64,000 nucleotides of DNA, taken from assembly GCA_944392695.1 (NCBI GenBank), contig CALXXN010000003.1, positions 48,617 to 112,616 on the forward strand, given 5' to 3'. The notes beneath the pieces are model-generated. The model had not been told where the DNA came from and did no database searches. It saw only the letters and a program-made list of their open reading frames with translations. Source of the stretch: an uncultured Spirochaetales bacterium (lineage in GTDB: Bacteria > Spirochaetota > Spirochaetia > Sphaerochaetales > Sphaerochaetaceae). Positions within the stretch are counted from its first letter, which is position 1; each line of letters begins with the position of its first letter. The translations under genes were made by a program, and so were the position numbers. Positions 55,691-64,000 of the stretch are shown in pieces.

Positions 55691-58600
55691 TCAGTTTGGC
55701 CAGACCAGCCTTCGATCATTGTACTTGTACTCACAAGTCGATGGATCCTCACTTGATAAACCAATTCCTGATCCATCTTTGTTGTCTACAGTCAAGTCAA
55801 CAGAGAGGATGCCTGCCCTGGATCTTGGTTCGGCCGATATGTCAAGTACACAAGTTCCATTGATGTTTGTTGTCCTTGTTTCTGTTTCATCAGCATAGAC
55901 CTCGATTTTGAAATTGGTGAATTCCACAGTCCATGCTGAACCAGATGTGTTTGACCAAGTAACACCTGCTGGAGGATTTGTGGTGTGGCCATCTGCCAAG
56001 TCTGACTGTATTTCTTTCAACTTGTAGATGATTGCCTCGACGCTAGCAGCATCGAATGGATTGCTCGCAGGAATAGAGTCGAGGTCCATGGCGATTAGAT
56101 TGATATGGCCAATGATTTCTCCATCATATAATGGGATCATGATGACTCCATCATCAGTCCTCGTCCAATATTCCTCAGATTCTGCGCTTGGCCCATCAGA
56201 ATCCATGTATCGCAGATACCAGACATCATCACTCGCAGCTTGTTGGAGGAGGTTCGAATAGCCGCTTGTAGACTCTGGATCGTCAAGAGTGTAATCGCCA
56301 TAGATGTAACGCTGTGTCAGGTTGTCATCTGAGACAATAATGTATGTAATCACCTCAACACCATACTGGTCAGACATGTCATACAAGAATGCTTTACCAG
56401 AAATCCAGTCTGGGGCATGCAGGCCGTCTGTCCCGAGAGAGGTCAGCGTGCTGGGATCGACAAGCCCAGGTCTTGAAGGCCACTCGGATTCTGGAATGCT
56501 TGTGCAATATGCAGGCTGGAAAACAGGAGTGCCTTCGTTTTGCACGGAAGTGAAAAGGATGTCCTGTCCTTGTTTTGAGATGAGGAAGACGTAGTGGTCC
56601 GTCGAAGTCAGCTCGTCTGTATCCAGCGTTCTACGCTCCTCTGTCATCTCCAGGTAGTAATGCTGGTTGCTCGACCACTGCCCTGTGATTGTCACAGTGA
56701 TTTTGTTGTACTCATTCTCCTGTGATACAGGTAGTCTCTCCTCAGGTTCAGAGAACATGTTCCCTGTAACCATGACTCCAAGGATGTTGTCCCTGGTGTC
56801 ATTCGCCCTGATAAACATGTCACTCCCCATCATCTCAAACGCATATGGACCGTTGAACCAGGAGGGGAGTACAACAGATTCTGTATCTCTTTCATCTTCT
56901 GCCTTGAATCTCATCTGTGCGAAGGTGATTGGAAGCACCAGGTCGCTGTCATCCACCATGCTGTATTTGACGGGGCTTTCATCTATTGTGACTGTGAGAT
57001 CGATGCCGGAGCTGGTCTTGATCATGTCGATCTTGGTTTCTACTTCGGTCCTCAGCGTGACTGTATAGGCGCTGTCGCTTCCCCTCTGATTGAGGATCTT
57101 GTAGTCGCTGCCACCAAGCAGGAATCCCATGGCATCAACGTAGGCTCCTTCCGATGGACTTATCCAGAGTTGGAAATCATCTGCTTTGACATCGACGATG
57201 AATGTGACATCGGAACCCTGGAAATCCATGTTTCCGGAGAATGTGCGGTCCGCAAGCCAGGATGGAACATTGATTCCCTCTGTCCCAAGGTCAGTCATTC
57301 CATCAGAGACTGTGACCGTACAGGTGGCACTCTTATCTCCAGCTGTAGCTGTGATGCTTGCTTCACCCTCGGCAAGGGCTGTGACGATTCCGTCCTCGAT
57401 GCTTGCAACAGTATCGTCAGAACTTGTCCATGTGACAGTCTTGTCAGTCGCGTTCTCTGGAAGGACCGTGGCTGTCAACCTTGTGTTCTCACCGATGACA
57501 AGCTCAAGGCTGTTCCTATCAAGCGTGATCGATTCAACGGGAACCGCCCTGACTGTGATGGTGCAGCTTGCACTGATTTCCTCATTAGAGACAGAGGTCG
57601 CTTTAATCGTGGCTGTTCCAATTCCATGTGTCGTCACACGTCCATCATCAACAGAGGCGATGCTGTTGTTGGAAGAGGACCAGGAAACCCTCTTGTCAGT
57701 CGCCCCCTCTGGTTCGACAGTGGAAATAAGCTCGACAGAGTCCCCGATGAAGACTTCTACATCTGTTTCATTCAATGTGATTCCAGTCACTTCGATAGGA
57801 GTGACAGTGACTGTGACACTGTCAGACTTGCCACCATTGACAGCTGTGACTGTGATGACCGCATCCCCAACGTCTACTGCATTTACAGTACCATCTGCTG
57901 TTACAGTTGCGACTGCTTCGTTGGACGAAGACCAGGTGACAGAGGTCAGGGCGTCTTCTGGTGAAACAGAGTAGGTGAGCTGCTGGCTTCCTCCAATCTC
58001 AAGATTGATGTTATCAGCTCCCTCGATTGTGATGCTGTCAACAATAGAAGCCGCATTACCAAGCACCGTCACTTCACACTCAGCAGTGAACACCTGCTCT
58101 TCAACTGTGATCGATGCCGTGATTGTGACAGGACCTTCTGATATGGCTCTCACGAGACCACTTTCAGAAACACTTGCAAGTGTGTCATCAGAAGACGTCC
58201 ACACTATGGTTCCTTCGAAAGTGGCGTCAGCTGGCTGCACGGAAGCTGAGAGCTGGAACGTCGCACCCTTCTTGAGCTGAAGTTCTGCGTTGCTGATTGA
58301 AAGACCTGTGACAGGAACCGGGGCAGGGGAGACTGTGACTGTGCAAGAATCCGTCTTACCATTTCCAGTCACGACTGTAATGACAGCAGTTCCTTCTGCG
58401 ACTGCTGTGACAGTACCATCCTGGGAGACGGAGGCGATTGAGGAGCCTGTGCTATGCCATTCGAGGATATCAATAGCATCCTCCGGTGTCATTGTCGCAA
58501 TGAGTTTGACTGTTTCTCCGACTGTCAGATCCAGGGTTTCCTTGTCAAGGCTGACAGATTCAGCTTTCACTGGATCTTTTACAGTGATGGTGACCGAGTC

Positions 58601-58918
58601 TGTCTTGCCACCTGCTGTTGCCGTGACAGTGGCTTGCCCTGCCTTGTGGGCAGTGTAGGAACCATCTGATCCGATTTCGAGGACTGTCGTATCACTGGAT
58701 GTCCAGGTGACAGTCTTGTCAGTCGCATCACTGGGCTGGACTGTCGCTGTGAGGCTGCCAGTTCCTCCTGTGATGACTTCGAGTGAATCACCTACGTCTA
58801 TTGTGACAGAGGAGACTTCGATGACTGTTGGGGTGTTCCCGCCGCATGAGATCGCAAGGGCGAGGACCAGGGTAAGCAGGCACAATGCGGATGTGCGTGC
58901 TTTTACATGTCTTTGCAT
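55691..58918 (-). CDS. Large surface lipoprotein with six tandem bacterial Ig-like (Big_2) domains and an uncharacterised C-terminal half
   Basis: 1075 aa with lipobox LALAISC (Cys25). Six repeats of about 85-90 aa carry the Big_2 signature (e.g. VTWTSSDTTVLEIGSDGSYTAHKAGQATVTATAGGKTDSVTITV; VSWSSSNNSIASVDDGRVTTHGIGTATIKAT) and span aa about 33-537 (DNA about 57308-58822). I recognised nothing in the remaining 540 aa or so. Confidence 0.8.
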   Translation of the reverse strand: MQRHVKARTSALCLLTLVLALAISCGGNTPTVIEVSSVTIDVGDSLEVITGGTGSLTATVQPSDATDKTVTWTSSDTTVLEIGSDGSYTAHKAGQATVTATAGGKTDSVTITVKDPVKAESVSLDKETLDLTVGETVKLIATMTPEDAIDILEWHSTGSSIASVSQDGTVTAVAEGTAVITVVTGNGKTDSCTVTVSPAPVPVTGLSISNAELQLKKGATFQLSASVQPADATFEGTIVWTSSDDTLASVSESGLVRAISEGPVTITASITVEEQVFTAECEVTVLGNAASIVDSITIEGADNINLEIGGSQQLTYSVSPEDALTSVTWSSSNEAVATVTADGTVNAVDVGDAVITVTAVNGGKSDSVTVTVTPIEVTGITLNETDVEVFIGDSVELISTVEPEGATDKRVSWSSSNNSIASVDDGRVTTHGIGTATIKATSVSNEEISASCTITVRAVPVESITLDRNSLELVIGENTRLTATVLPENATDKTVTWTSSDDTVASIEDGIVTALAEGEASITATAGDKSATCTVTVSDGMTDLGTEGINVPSWLADRTFSGNMDFQGSDVTFIVDVKADDFQLWISPSEGAYVDAMGFLLGGSDYKILNQRGSDSAYTVTLRTEVETKIDMIKTSSGIDLTVTIDESPVKYSMVDDSDLVLPITFAQMRFKAEDERDTESVVLPSWFNGPYAFEMMGSDMFIRANDTRDNILGVMVTGNMFSEPEERLPVSQENEYNKITVTITGQWSSNQHYYLEMTEERRTLDTDELTSTDHYVFLISKQGQDILFTSVQNEGTPVFQPAYCTSIPESEWPSRPGLVDPSTLTSLGTDGLHAPDWISGKAFLYDMSDQYGVEVITYIIVSDDNLTQRYIYGDYTLDDPESTSGYSNLLQQAASDDVWYLRYMDSDGPSAESEEYWTRTDDGVIMIPLYDGEIIGHINLIAMDLDSIPASNPFDAASVEAIIYKLKEIQSDLADGHTTNPPAGVTWSNTSGSAWTVEFTNFKIEVYADETETRTTNINGTCVLDISAEPRSRAGILSVDLTVDNKDGSGIGLSSEDPSTCEYKYNDRRLVWPN

Positions 58919-58949
58919 GTTTTCCCTCCACTTTTGTTTTTACAGGGAA

Positions 58950-58982
58950 ATAGTACCCCCCCCCCCCCAATCAGCTTGTCAA
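58950..58982 (-). promoter_or_regulatory. Promoter candidate of the Big_2 lipoprotein gene with a homopolymer in the spacer
   Basis: Minus strand reads TTGACA (58982-77), AGCTGATT + G13 (a 21-nt spacer), then TACTAT (58955-50). About 20 nt downstream comes GGAGGG, then 5 nt, then ATG at 58918. Confidence 0.45.
58956..58968. repeat. Homopolymeric tract C13 (G13 on the coding strand of the downstream gene)
   Basis: Directly counted: 5 C at 58956-60 plus 8 C at 58961-68. I noticed no longer homopolymer elsewhere in the window. Confidence 0.95.
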
Positions 58983-59205
58983 CGTTTTGTAATTTGTTGT
59001 TTTACAATGTGTTATTTGTGTTTGATTTGTTAAGTCGCTTAACAGCTTGCATGAGGTTCTTTTGGGTTTTGTTTGAGTCTTGGTTTAGTTTGCAATGTAA
59101 GCTTCTTGATTAGTAGTTCCTTTTGAAAGAAAGATTTAGATGTTGTTTGGCTTTGGAGTGGAGCGGAGAGGAAAGGAGGCGTTTGCCACCTTTTTGATAA
59201 GTCTA

Positions 59206-59235
59206 TTGACAGGAACAACATGAAAAGCCTATCCT
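59206..59235 (+). promoter_or_regulatory. Weak sigma70-type promoter candidate for rimP-nusA-infB
   Basis: TTGACA (59206-11), an 18-nt spacer, then TATCCT (59230-35). It lies between two terminator-like hairpins. Confidence 0.3.
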
Positions 59236-59261
59236 TGGGACAGTTCAATTCTACAAGAGAG

Positions 59262-59291
59262 AAAGGAACCCCGCACGGTGTTCCTTTTTTT
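59262..59291 (+). terminator. Terminator/attenuator-like hairpin in the rimP leader
   Basis: AAAGGAAC (59262-69), 10-nt loop, GTTCCTTT (59280-87), with the T run continuing to 59291. It ends 12 nt before the rimP ATG. Confidence 0.45.
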
Positions 59292-59302
59292 GTGAGACGG
59301 GA

Positions 59303-59797
59303 ATGCTAGGAAACGGATTGGGATCTGACAAGCTCTACCAGGAGATGCAAGCATTGATCTCCCCGATGGGCTTCAATGTCGTCGATGTCGTCAGGAACGA
59401 GCAGCATGGTTCCACGCAGCTTCTGCTTACTGTATGCCGCCCTGACAAGGACGTGGACACGGATGACCTCGCAGAGGTCTATAACATCGTATATCCACGC
59501 TACCAGGTCATACTAGGGGACAGGGACCTCACACTGGAGGTCTCATCGCCAGGACTGCAGCGTAATTTCAAGGATGTGCTTGAGTTCAGCCTCTTCACTG
59601 GACGGCGTGTGAAGGCCTATTCCGTCAGCCGTTCATCCTATGTCGAGGGTGTGATCAAGTCGGCTGATGCTGATTCTGTCGTCCTTGTTGATGCGCTTGT
59701 CGTTGACAAAGGCGAGGCTCTTGAGGAGATCCGATTGATGTACGAAGATGTTTCCAAGGCGAAACTGACTTACCGCTGGGAGGAAGAGAAGAGATGA
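59303..59797 (+). CDS. rimP: Ribosome maturation factor RimP
   Basis: 164 aa. The position immediately upstream of nusA with an ATGA overlap, the size, and LEVSSPGLQRNFK (SPG...R motif) are all typical of RimP. Confidence 0.85.
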   Translation: MLGNGLGSDKLYQEMQALISPMGFNVVDVVRNEQHGSTQLLLTVCRPDKDVDTDDLAEVYNIVYPRYQVILGDRDLTLEVSSPGLQRNFKDVLEFSLFTGRRVKAYSVSRSSYVEGVIKSADADSVVLVDALVVDKGEALEEIRLMYEDVSKAKLTYRWEEEKR

Positions 59798-61272
59798 GCA
59801 CAGATCTTTCCGATGCCATCAGAGGCATGATAGAGGAGAAGAACTACACCCGTGACATGGTCGTTGAGACTGTCCGCGAGTTCGTCAAAGCCGCCTACAA
59901 GAGGCGCTTCGGCACAGACCAGAACGTCGAGATCTCGATCAGTGATGATGATGAGCTGACAGTCTGTGCCCGCAAGGTCGTCGTCGATGAGGACCACTAC
60001 TTCAATGAGGTCACTGAAATCCCTCTGGACGAGGCTGAGGAGCTGACCGAGGATGTCGAGGTGGGTGATGAGGTCCTGATTCCTCTTGACCTGCAGACCT
60101 TTGACCGCGGTGCCGTCCAGAGCGCAAAGCAGAGGGCCCAGCAGACCTTCAAGGAAGTCCAGAACAACCGTACATACAAGGAGTTCAAGGCCAAGGAGGG
60201 TGAGATCATCCTCTGCTATGTGAACTCTGTCCTGCCCAATGGTGACATCCGTCTGAATGTCGGTGGTGGTGTCGAGGGCACACTTCCTTCACGCAACCAG
60301 TCGCCACGTGAGAGCTATGAGCTTGGCAGCGAGGTCAAGTGCTACCTGGAGAAGGTTGAGAACGCCGAGACCGAGAGGGAGGCTTCGATGAACAACCAGC
60401 GTGGCCGCCGCCAGAAGAAGGATGTCAGGATCATCCTCTCCCGCACGAGCCCGCATCTCGTTGAGAAGCTCCTTGCCATCCAGGTCCCTGAAATCTACGA
60501 CCGCGAGATCGAGATTGTGAAGACTGTACGCCAGGCTGGCATGCGCACGAAGCTCGCAGTCAAGGCCAACAGTCGTGATATCGACCCTGTCGGTGCCACA
60601 GTCGGCCTCAAGGGCAACCGCATCCAGAGTGTCATCACTGAGATCGAGGGTGAGAAGATCGATGTCATCCAGTGGGACGACAATCCTGTCAACCTGATCG
60701 CAGCCGCCCTGACACCGGCCAGGGTCGAGAAGGTCTACCTGATCGATCTCGCCACACGCCGCGCGATCGCCATCGTCGCCCAGAAGGACGTAGGCCTCGC
60801 CATCGGACCCAAGGGGTCGAATGTCAACCTGGCCAACAGCCTTTGCGACTGGATGATCGAGGTCATGACGCAGGAGCAGTTCGATGCCCTTGACCTCTCA
60901 CAGGAGGCCAGGGAGAGGGCTGAGTCGATCTTCATGGATGACTACCAGGCAGAAGAAGAGGAGCATCCGCTCAGCGCCGAAGAGCTCGGTGTCAGCGAGG
61001 GTGAGACCCTCCTGAGTGAGCTCAGCATCCCGGCGGAGCTGGTGAAGAAGCTGAACTTCCACGATATCTACACTGCCGAGGAGTACATCAACCTCACTGA
61101 TGAGGAGCGCTCCTCGCTTGAACTGAGCCAGGATGAGATCGATGCCATTGCCGACTGCATCTCCGTCGAGGAGGAGCCGGAGGATGAGTTCATCTGTCCC
61201 AAGTGCGGGGCCACCGTCCAGCTTGGCGTCAATGTCTGTCCCAACTGTGGAACAGAGCTGGAGTTCGTCTGA
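59794..61272 (+). CDS. nusA: Transcription termination/antitermination factor NusA (with extra acidic region and C-terminal zinc ribbon)
   Basis: 492 aa with a NusA N-terminal domain and an S1-like region. The KH regions include RTSPHLVEKLLAIQVPEI, DPVGATVGLKGNRIQSVITEIEGEKIDVIQW and AIGPKGSNVNLANSL. The tail ends FICPKCGATVQLGVNVCPNCGTELEFV. Confidence 0.95.
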   Translation: MSTDLSDAIRGMIEEKNYTRDMVVETVREFVKAAYKRRFGTDQNVEISISDDDELTVCARKVVVDEDHYFNEVTEIPLDEAEELTEDVEVGDEVLIPLDLQTFDRGAVQSAKQRAQQTFKEVQNNRTYKEFKAKEGEIILCYVNSVLPNGDIRLNVGGGVEGTLPSRNQSPRESYELGSEVKCYLEKVENAETEREASMNNQRGRRQKKDVRIILSRTSPHLVEKLLAIQVPEIYDREIEIVKTVRQAGMRTKLAVKANSRDIDPVGATVGLKGNRIQSVITEIEGEKIDVIQWDDNPVNLIAAALTPARVEKVYLIDLATRRAIAIVAQKDVGLAIGPKGSNVNLANSLCDWMIEVMTQEQFDALDLSQEARERAESIFMDDYQAEEEEHPLSAEELGVSEGETLLSELSIPAELVKKLNFHDIYTAEEYINLTDEERSSLELSQDEIDAIADCISVEEEPEDEFICPKCGATVQLGVNVCPNCGTELEFV

Positions 61273-61293
61273 TAACAGGCCATAAGGAAGAAA

Positions 61294-63984
61294 ATGAGCG
61301 AAGAGAAAGCCAAGATAAGAGTGATTAAGAAGGGGCAGGGTGGCACGGCCACTCCTACCCCGGCCCAGAGTACGGCCCCAGCTGCCGCTCCAGCTCCAGA
61401 GAAGAAGGTGGTGGTGATCAAGAAGAAGATCGTCACCGTCAAGGTCAAGGAGGACAAGAAGGAGGAGGCCCCACAGGCGGCCCCTGTCCAGCAGAAGGCC
61501 GAGCCTCAGGCGGCGCCCAAGTCGGCAAGCCCGGCACCTGCTGCCAAGGAGGCTGCTCCTGCACAGCAGCGCCGTCCCCTCGTCCAGCCTTCCAGTGGCC
61601 AGGCAAGGAGTGCGGCTCCAAACCGTCTCGCATCGACTGTCCCGGCGGCCAACCGCAACCTGGTTGGTGGTGAGCGTGTGCACAGCACCGTCCACAACGG
61701 ACCTGTCGTGATCAAGGCAGCCGACCTCCCACCAGTGCCGGGACAGGTCGTCAAGCCATCAGGTGATACCCCTGCACGTCCTCGTGTGGCTGGTATCGTC
61801 GGTGGACGTCCTACACGTCCGCAGGGCCAGGGCCGCTATGGTGACCAGCGTGGCCAGAGGAGGCCTTTTGGTCAGGATGGCCAGCGCCCTGCAGATGGGC
61901 AGCGCCGTCCCTTCGGACAGCGTGATGGCCAGGGCCAGAGGGCTCCTTATGGGCAGCGTCCTGGTTTCCAGGGTGGACGTCCGGGCTTCCAGGGCGGCAG
62001 GCCTGGCTTCCCATCACGTCCTGGTTTCCAGGGTGGACGCCCTGGAGTTGGCGCAGGTGCGACCCCGGCTGGTGCTATGAACCAGAAGGGTGCCCAGCGC
62101 AAGGGACCCAGCAAGAGGAAGGATGGTGGTGACTACAACAGGAACCGCCGTGACCAGGAAGTCGACTTCCAGTACCAGCAGAAGAAGAGGGAGGAGGCCA
62201 AGCTCTCCGCCATACCGAAGTCGATCGACATCATGGAGAACATCACTGTCAGCGACCTTGCCAAGAAGATGAACCTCAAGGCAAGCGACATCATCTCCAA
62301 GCTCTTCAAGATGGGCATGATGGTGACGATCAACCAGCAGATCGACCATGAGACTGCGGAAATCATCGCATCCGAGTTCGGTTGCGAGGTCCACCTTGTC
62401 TCCCTCTACGATGAGACTGTCATCGAGAGCGAGGAGGACAGGGAGGAGGACATGGTCCCGCGCGCCCCGATCGTCACGGTCATGGGCCATGTCGACCATG
62501 GTAAGACCAAGCTCCTTGATGCCATCCGTTCGACGGATGTCGCAGGCGGCGAGTTCGGTGGCATCACCCAGCACATCGGCGCCTACAAGGTCAACGTCCC
62601 TGGACGTGGCGATGTCGTCTTCCTCGACACCCCGGGCCATGCCGCCTTCTCGATGATGAGGGCCCGTGGCGCCCAGATGACGGATATCGTCGTCCTCGTC
62701 GTCGCAGCCAATGATGGCGTCATGCCCCAGACAAGGGAGGCTATCGACCACGCTACTGCGGCCAAGGTGCCTATCATCGTGGCCATCAACAAGTGCGACC
62801 TGCCTGATGCCAACCCGGAGAGGGTCATGCAGCAGCTGTCTGACATCGGCCTGATTCCTGAGGAGTGGGGTGGTCAGACCCTCTACTGCCGCATCAGCGC
62901 CTTGAAGAAGGAAGGTATCGACGATCTGCTTGATACGATCCTCCTCCAGGCCGAGATGCTCGAACTCAAGGCCAACCCGAACTGCCGTGCGGTCGGCAAG
63001 GTCCTTGAGTCCAGGATCGACCAGGGCCGTGGCACTGTCGCCACAGTCATCGTCCAGAAGGGTACATTGCACCAGGGTGACTACTATGTCGCCGGCATCT
63101 ACCCAGGACGTGTGCGTGCCATGTTCGATGACAAGGGCAAGAAGATCACAGAAGCCGGTCCTTCGACTCCTGTCGAAATCATCGGCCTGAGCAACATCCC
63201 ATCCGCAGGCGATCCCTTCCAGGTGACCGAGGATGAGAAGCAGGCCCGCAGTGTCGGTGCCAAGCGCCAGGAGCTCGAGAGGATGGGCAACACAGGTGCT
63301 GGCAACAAGTTCACGCTTGAGGACATCAACAAGAAGGCCGCCGAAGGTGAGATCAAGGAACTGAACCTGATCATCAAGGGAGACGTACAGGGCTCTGTCG
63401 AGGCCCTCCAGGGCACCCTGGAGAAGCTCAGCACGAGCGAGATCCGCCTGCATGTCCTGCGCGCCGCCGCTGGTGCCATCATCGAGAGCGACATCACGCT
63501 TGCCGCTGCTTCGAATGCGATCGTCATCGGCTTCAACGTCCGCCCGACTCCTCGTGCCCTGGCACTGGCCGAGCAGGAGAGGGTCGAGATCAGGAAGTAC
63601 AACATCATCTATGACGTCGTCGATGATATCAAGGCAGCCATGGAAGGCATGCTCTCACCCGAGATCAAGGAGGTCGACATCGGACGTGGCGAGGTCCGCG
63701 AGGTCTTCCGTGTCCCCAAGGTCGGCCTGGTCGCTGGTGTCTACATCCTCGATGGCAAGGTCACGCGTGGCAGCTTCGTCCGGGTCATCCGCGATTCGAT
63801 CCAGATCAACAAGGAGAACGTCCAGATCACTTCCCTCAAGAGGTTCAAGGACGACGCCAAGGAGGTCAACGTCGGTTACGAGTGCGGTATCGGACTGCAG
63901 GATTGGCAGGACCTCCAGAAGGGCGATGTGCTTGAATTCGTCCAGAAGGAAGAGGTCGCACGCAAGTTGGAGAGCGCTGAATGA
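61294..63984 (+). CDS. infB: Translation initiation factor IF-2
   Basis: 896 aa with a low-complexity Pro/Gly/Gln/Arg N-terminal region. G domain motifs [21 protein letters not shown] and NKCD. Confidence 0.97.
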   Translation: MSEEKAKIRVIKKGQGGTATPTPAQSTAPAAAPAPEKKVVVIKKKIVTVKVKEDKKEEAPQAAPVQQKAEPQAAPKSASPAPAAKEAAPAQQRRPLVQPSSGQARSAAPNRLASTVPAANRNLVGGERVHSTVHNGPVVIKAADLPPVPGQVVKPSGDTPARPRVAGIVGGRPTRPQGQGRYGDQRGQRRPFGQDGQRPADGQRRPFGQRDGQGQRAPYGQRPGFQGGRPGFQGGRPGFPSRPGFQGGRPGVGAGATPAGAMNQKGAQRKGPSKRKDGGDYNRNRRDQEVDFQYQQKKREEAKLSAIPKSIDIMENITVSDLAKKMNLKASDIISKLFKMGMMVTINQQIDHETAEIIASEFGCEVHLVSLYDETVIESEEDREEDMVPRAPIVTVMGHVDHGKTKLLDAIRSTDVAGGEFGGITQHIGAYKVNVPGRGDVVFLDTPGHAAFSMMRARGAQMTDIVVLVVAANDGVMPQTREAIDHATAAKVPIIVAINKCDLPDANPERVMQQLSDIGLIPEEWGGQTLYCRISALKKEGIDDLLDTILLQAEMLELKANPNCRAVGKVLESRIDQGRGTVATVIVQKGTLHQGDYYVAGIYPGRVRAMFDDKGKKITEAGPSTPVEIIGLSNIPSAGDPFQVTEDEKQARSVGAKRQELERMGNTGAGNKFTLEDINKKAAEGEIKELNLIIKGDVQGSVEALQGTLEKLSTSEIRLHVLRAAAGAIIESDITLAAASNAIVIGFNVRPTPRALALAEQERVEIRKYNIIYDVVDDIKAAMEGMLSPEIKEVDIGRGEVREVFRVPKVGLVAGVYILDGKVTRGSFVRVIRDSIQINKENVQITSLKRFKDDAKEVNVGYECGIGLQDWQDLQKGDVLEFVQKEEVARKLESAE

Positions 63985-64000
63985 GCCAGTATGCAGGAGC

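Noticed and set aside
62014-63453. A 479-aa minus-strand ORF inside infB.
   Set aside because: It is antisense to the IF-2 G domain ([17 protein letters not shown]), so it is an artefact of codon bias.
63981-64000. A possible start of the next gene (ATGAGCCAGTATGCAGGAGC, ATGA overlap with the infB stop); rbfA would be expected here.
   Set aside because: Only 6 codons are visible, which is too little to support any call.

Overview
This 64 kb window looks like a chromosomal stretch from a fairly GC-rich diderm bacterium. Gene content and synteny are spirochaete-like (tamB next to bamA, an LptD-like gene, several lipobox lipoproteins, a promoter homopolymer), but I cannot assign taxonomy from sequence alone. 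Most of the window is tightly packed, often translationally coupled housekeeping genes. In order they are: a Ca2+-type P-type ATPase, ispG, uvrA, an LptD-like OMP, phoH/7TM-HD/ybeY, a SAM hydroxide adenosyltransferase-like gene plus an ECF transporter, gap-pgk-tpiA-secG, a parvulin PPIase, nusB, map, folD-miaB-sirtuin, tmRNA and smpB, lepB-hemW, yebC, ruvCAB-queA, tmk, tamB-bamA, mutS and rimP-nusA-infB. Two patches that look more AT-rich by eye interrupt this. The first (about 25.86-32.8 kb) holds an intact ISL3-family IS with an 8-bp target duplication, two orphan lipoproteins, a small OM beta-barrel, a Pol-beta-type nucleotidyltransferase, a MATE pump and a PRTase. The second (about 55.7-59.3 kb) holds a 1075-aa lipoprotein with six Big_2 repeats. 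I saw one tmRNA and no tRNA, rRNA or CRISPR array. The observations most worth a second look: (1) a G13 homopolymer exactly in the spacer of a TTGACA/TACTAT promoter of the Big_2 lipoprotein, a candidate phase-variation switch; (2) a single 870-aa EcfA-EcfA'-EcfT fusion, coupled to an S component and a DUF62-type SAM-cleaving enzyme; (3) the IS-headed accessory segment with the NTase-MATE-PRTase cassette; (4) terminator-like leader hairpins upstream of rimP-nusA-infB and a zinc-ribbon tail on NusA. I found no convincing self-contained novel defence-type system. All functional calls rest on motifs I read in the translations and need HMM or BLAST confirmation.
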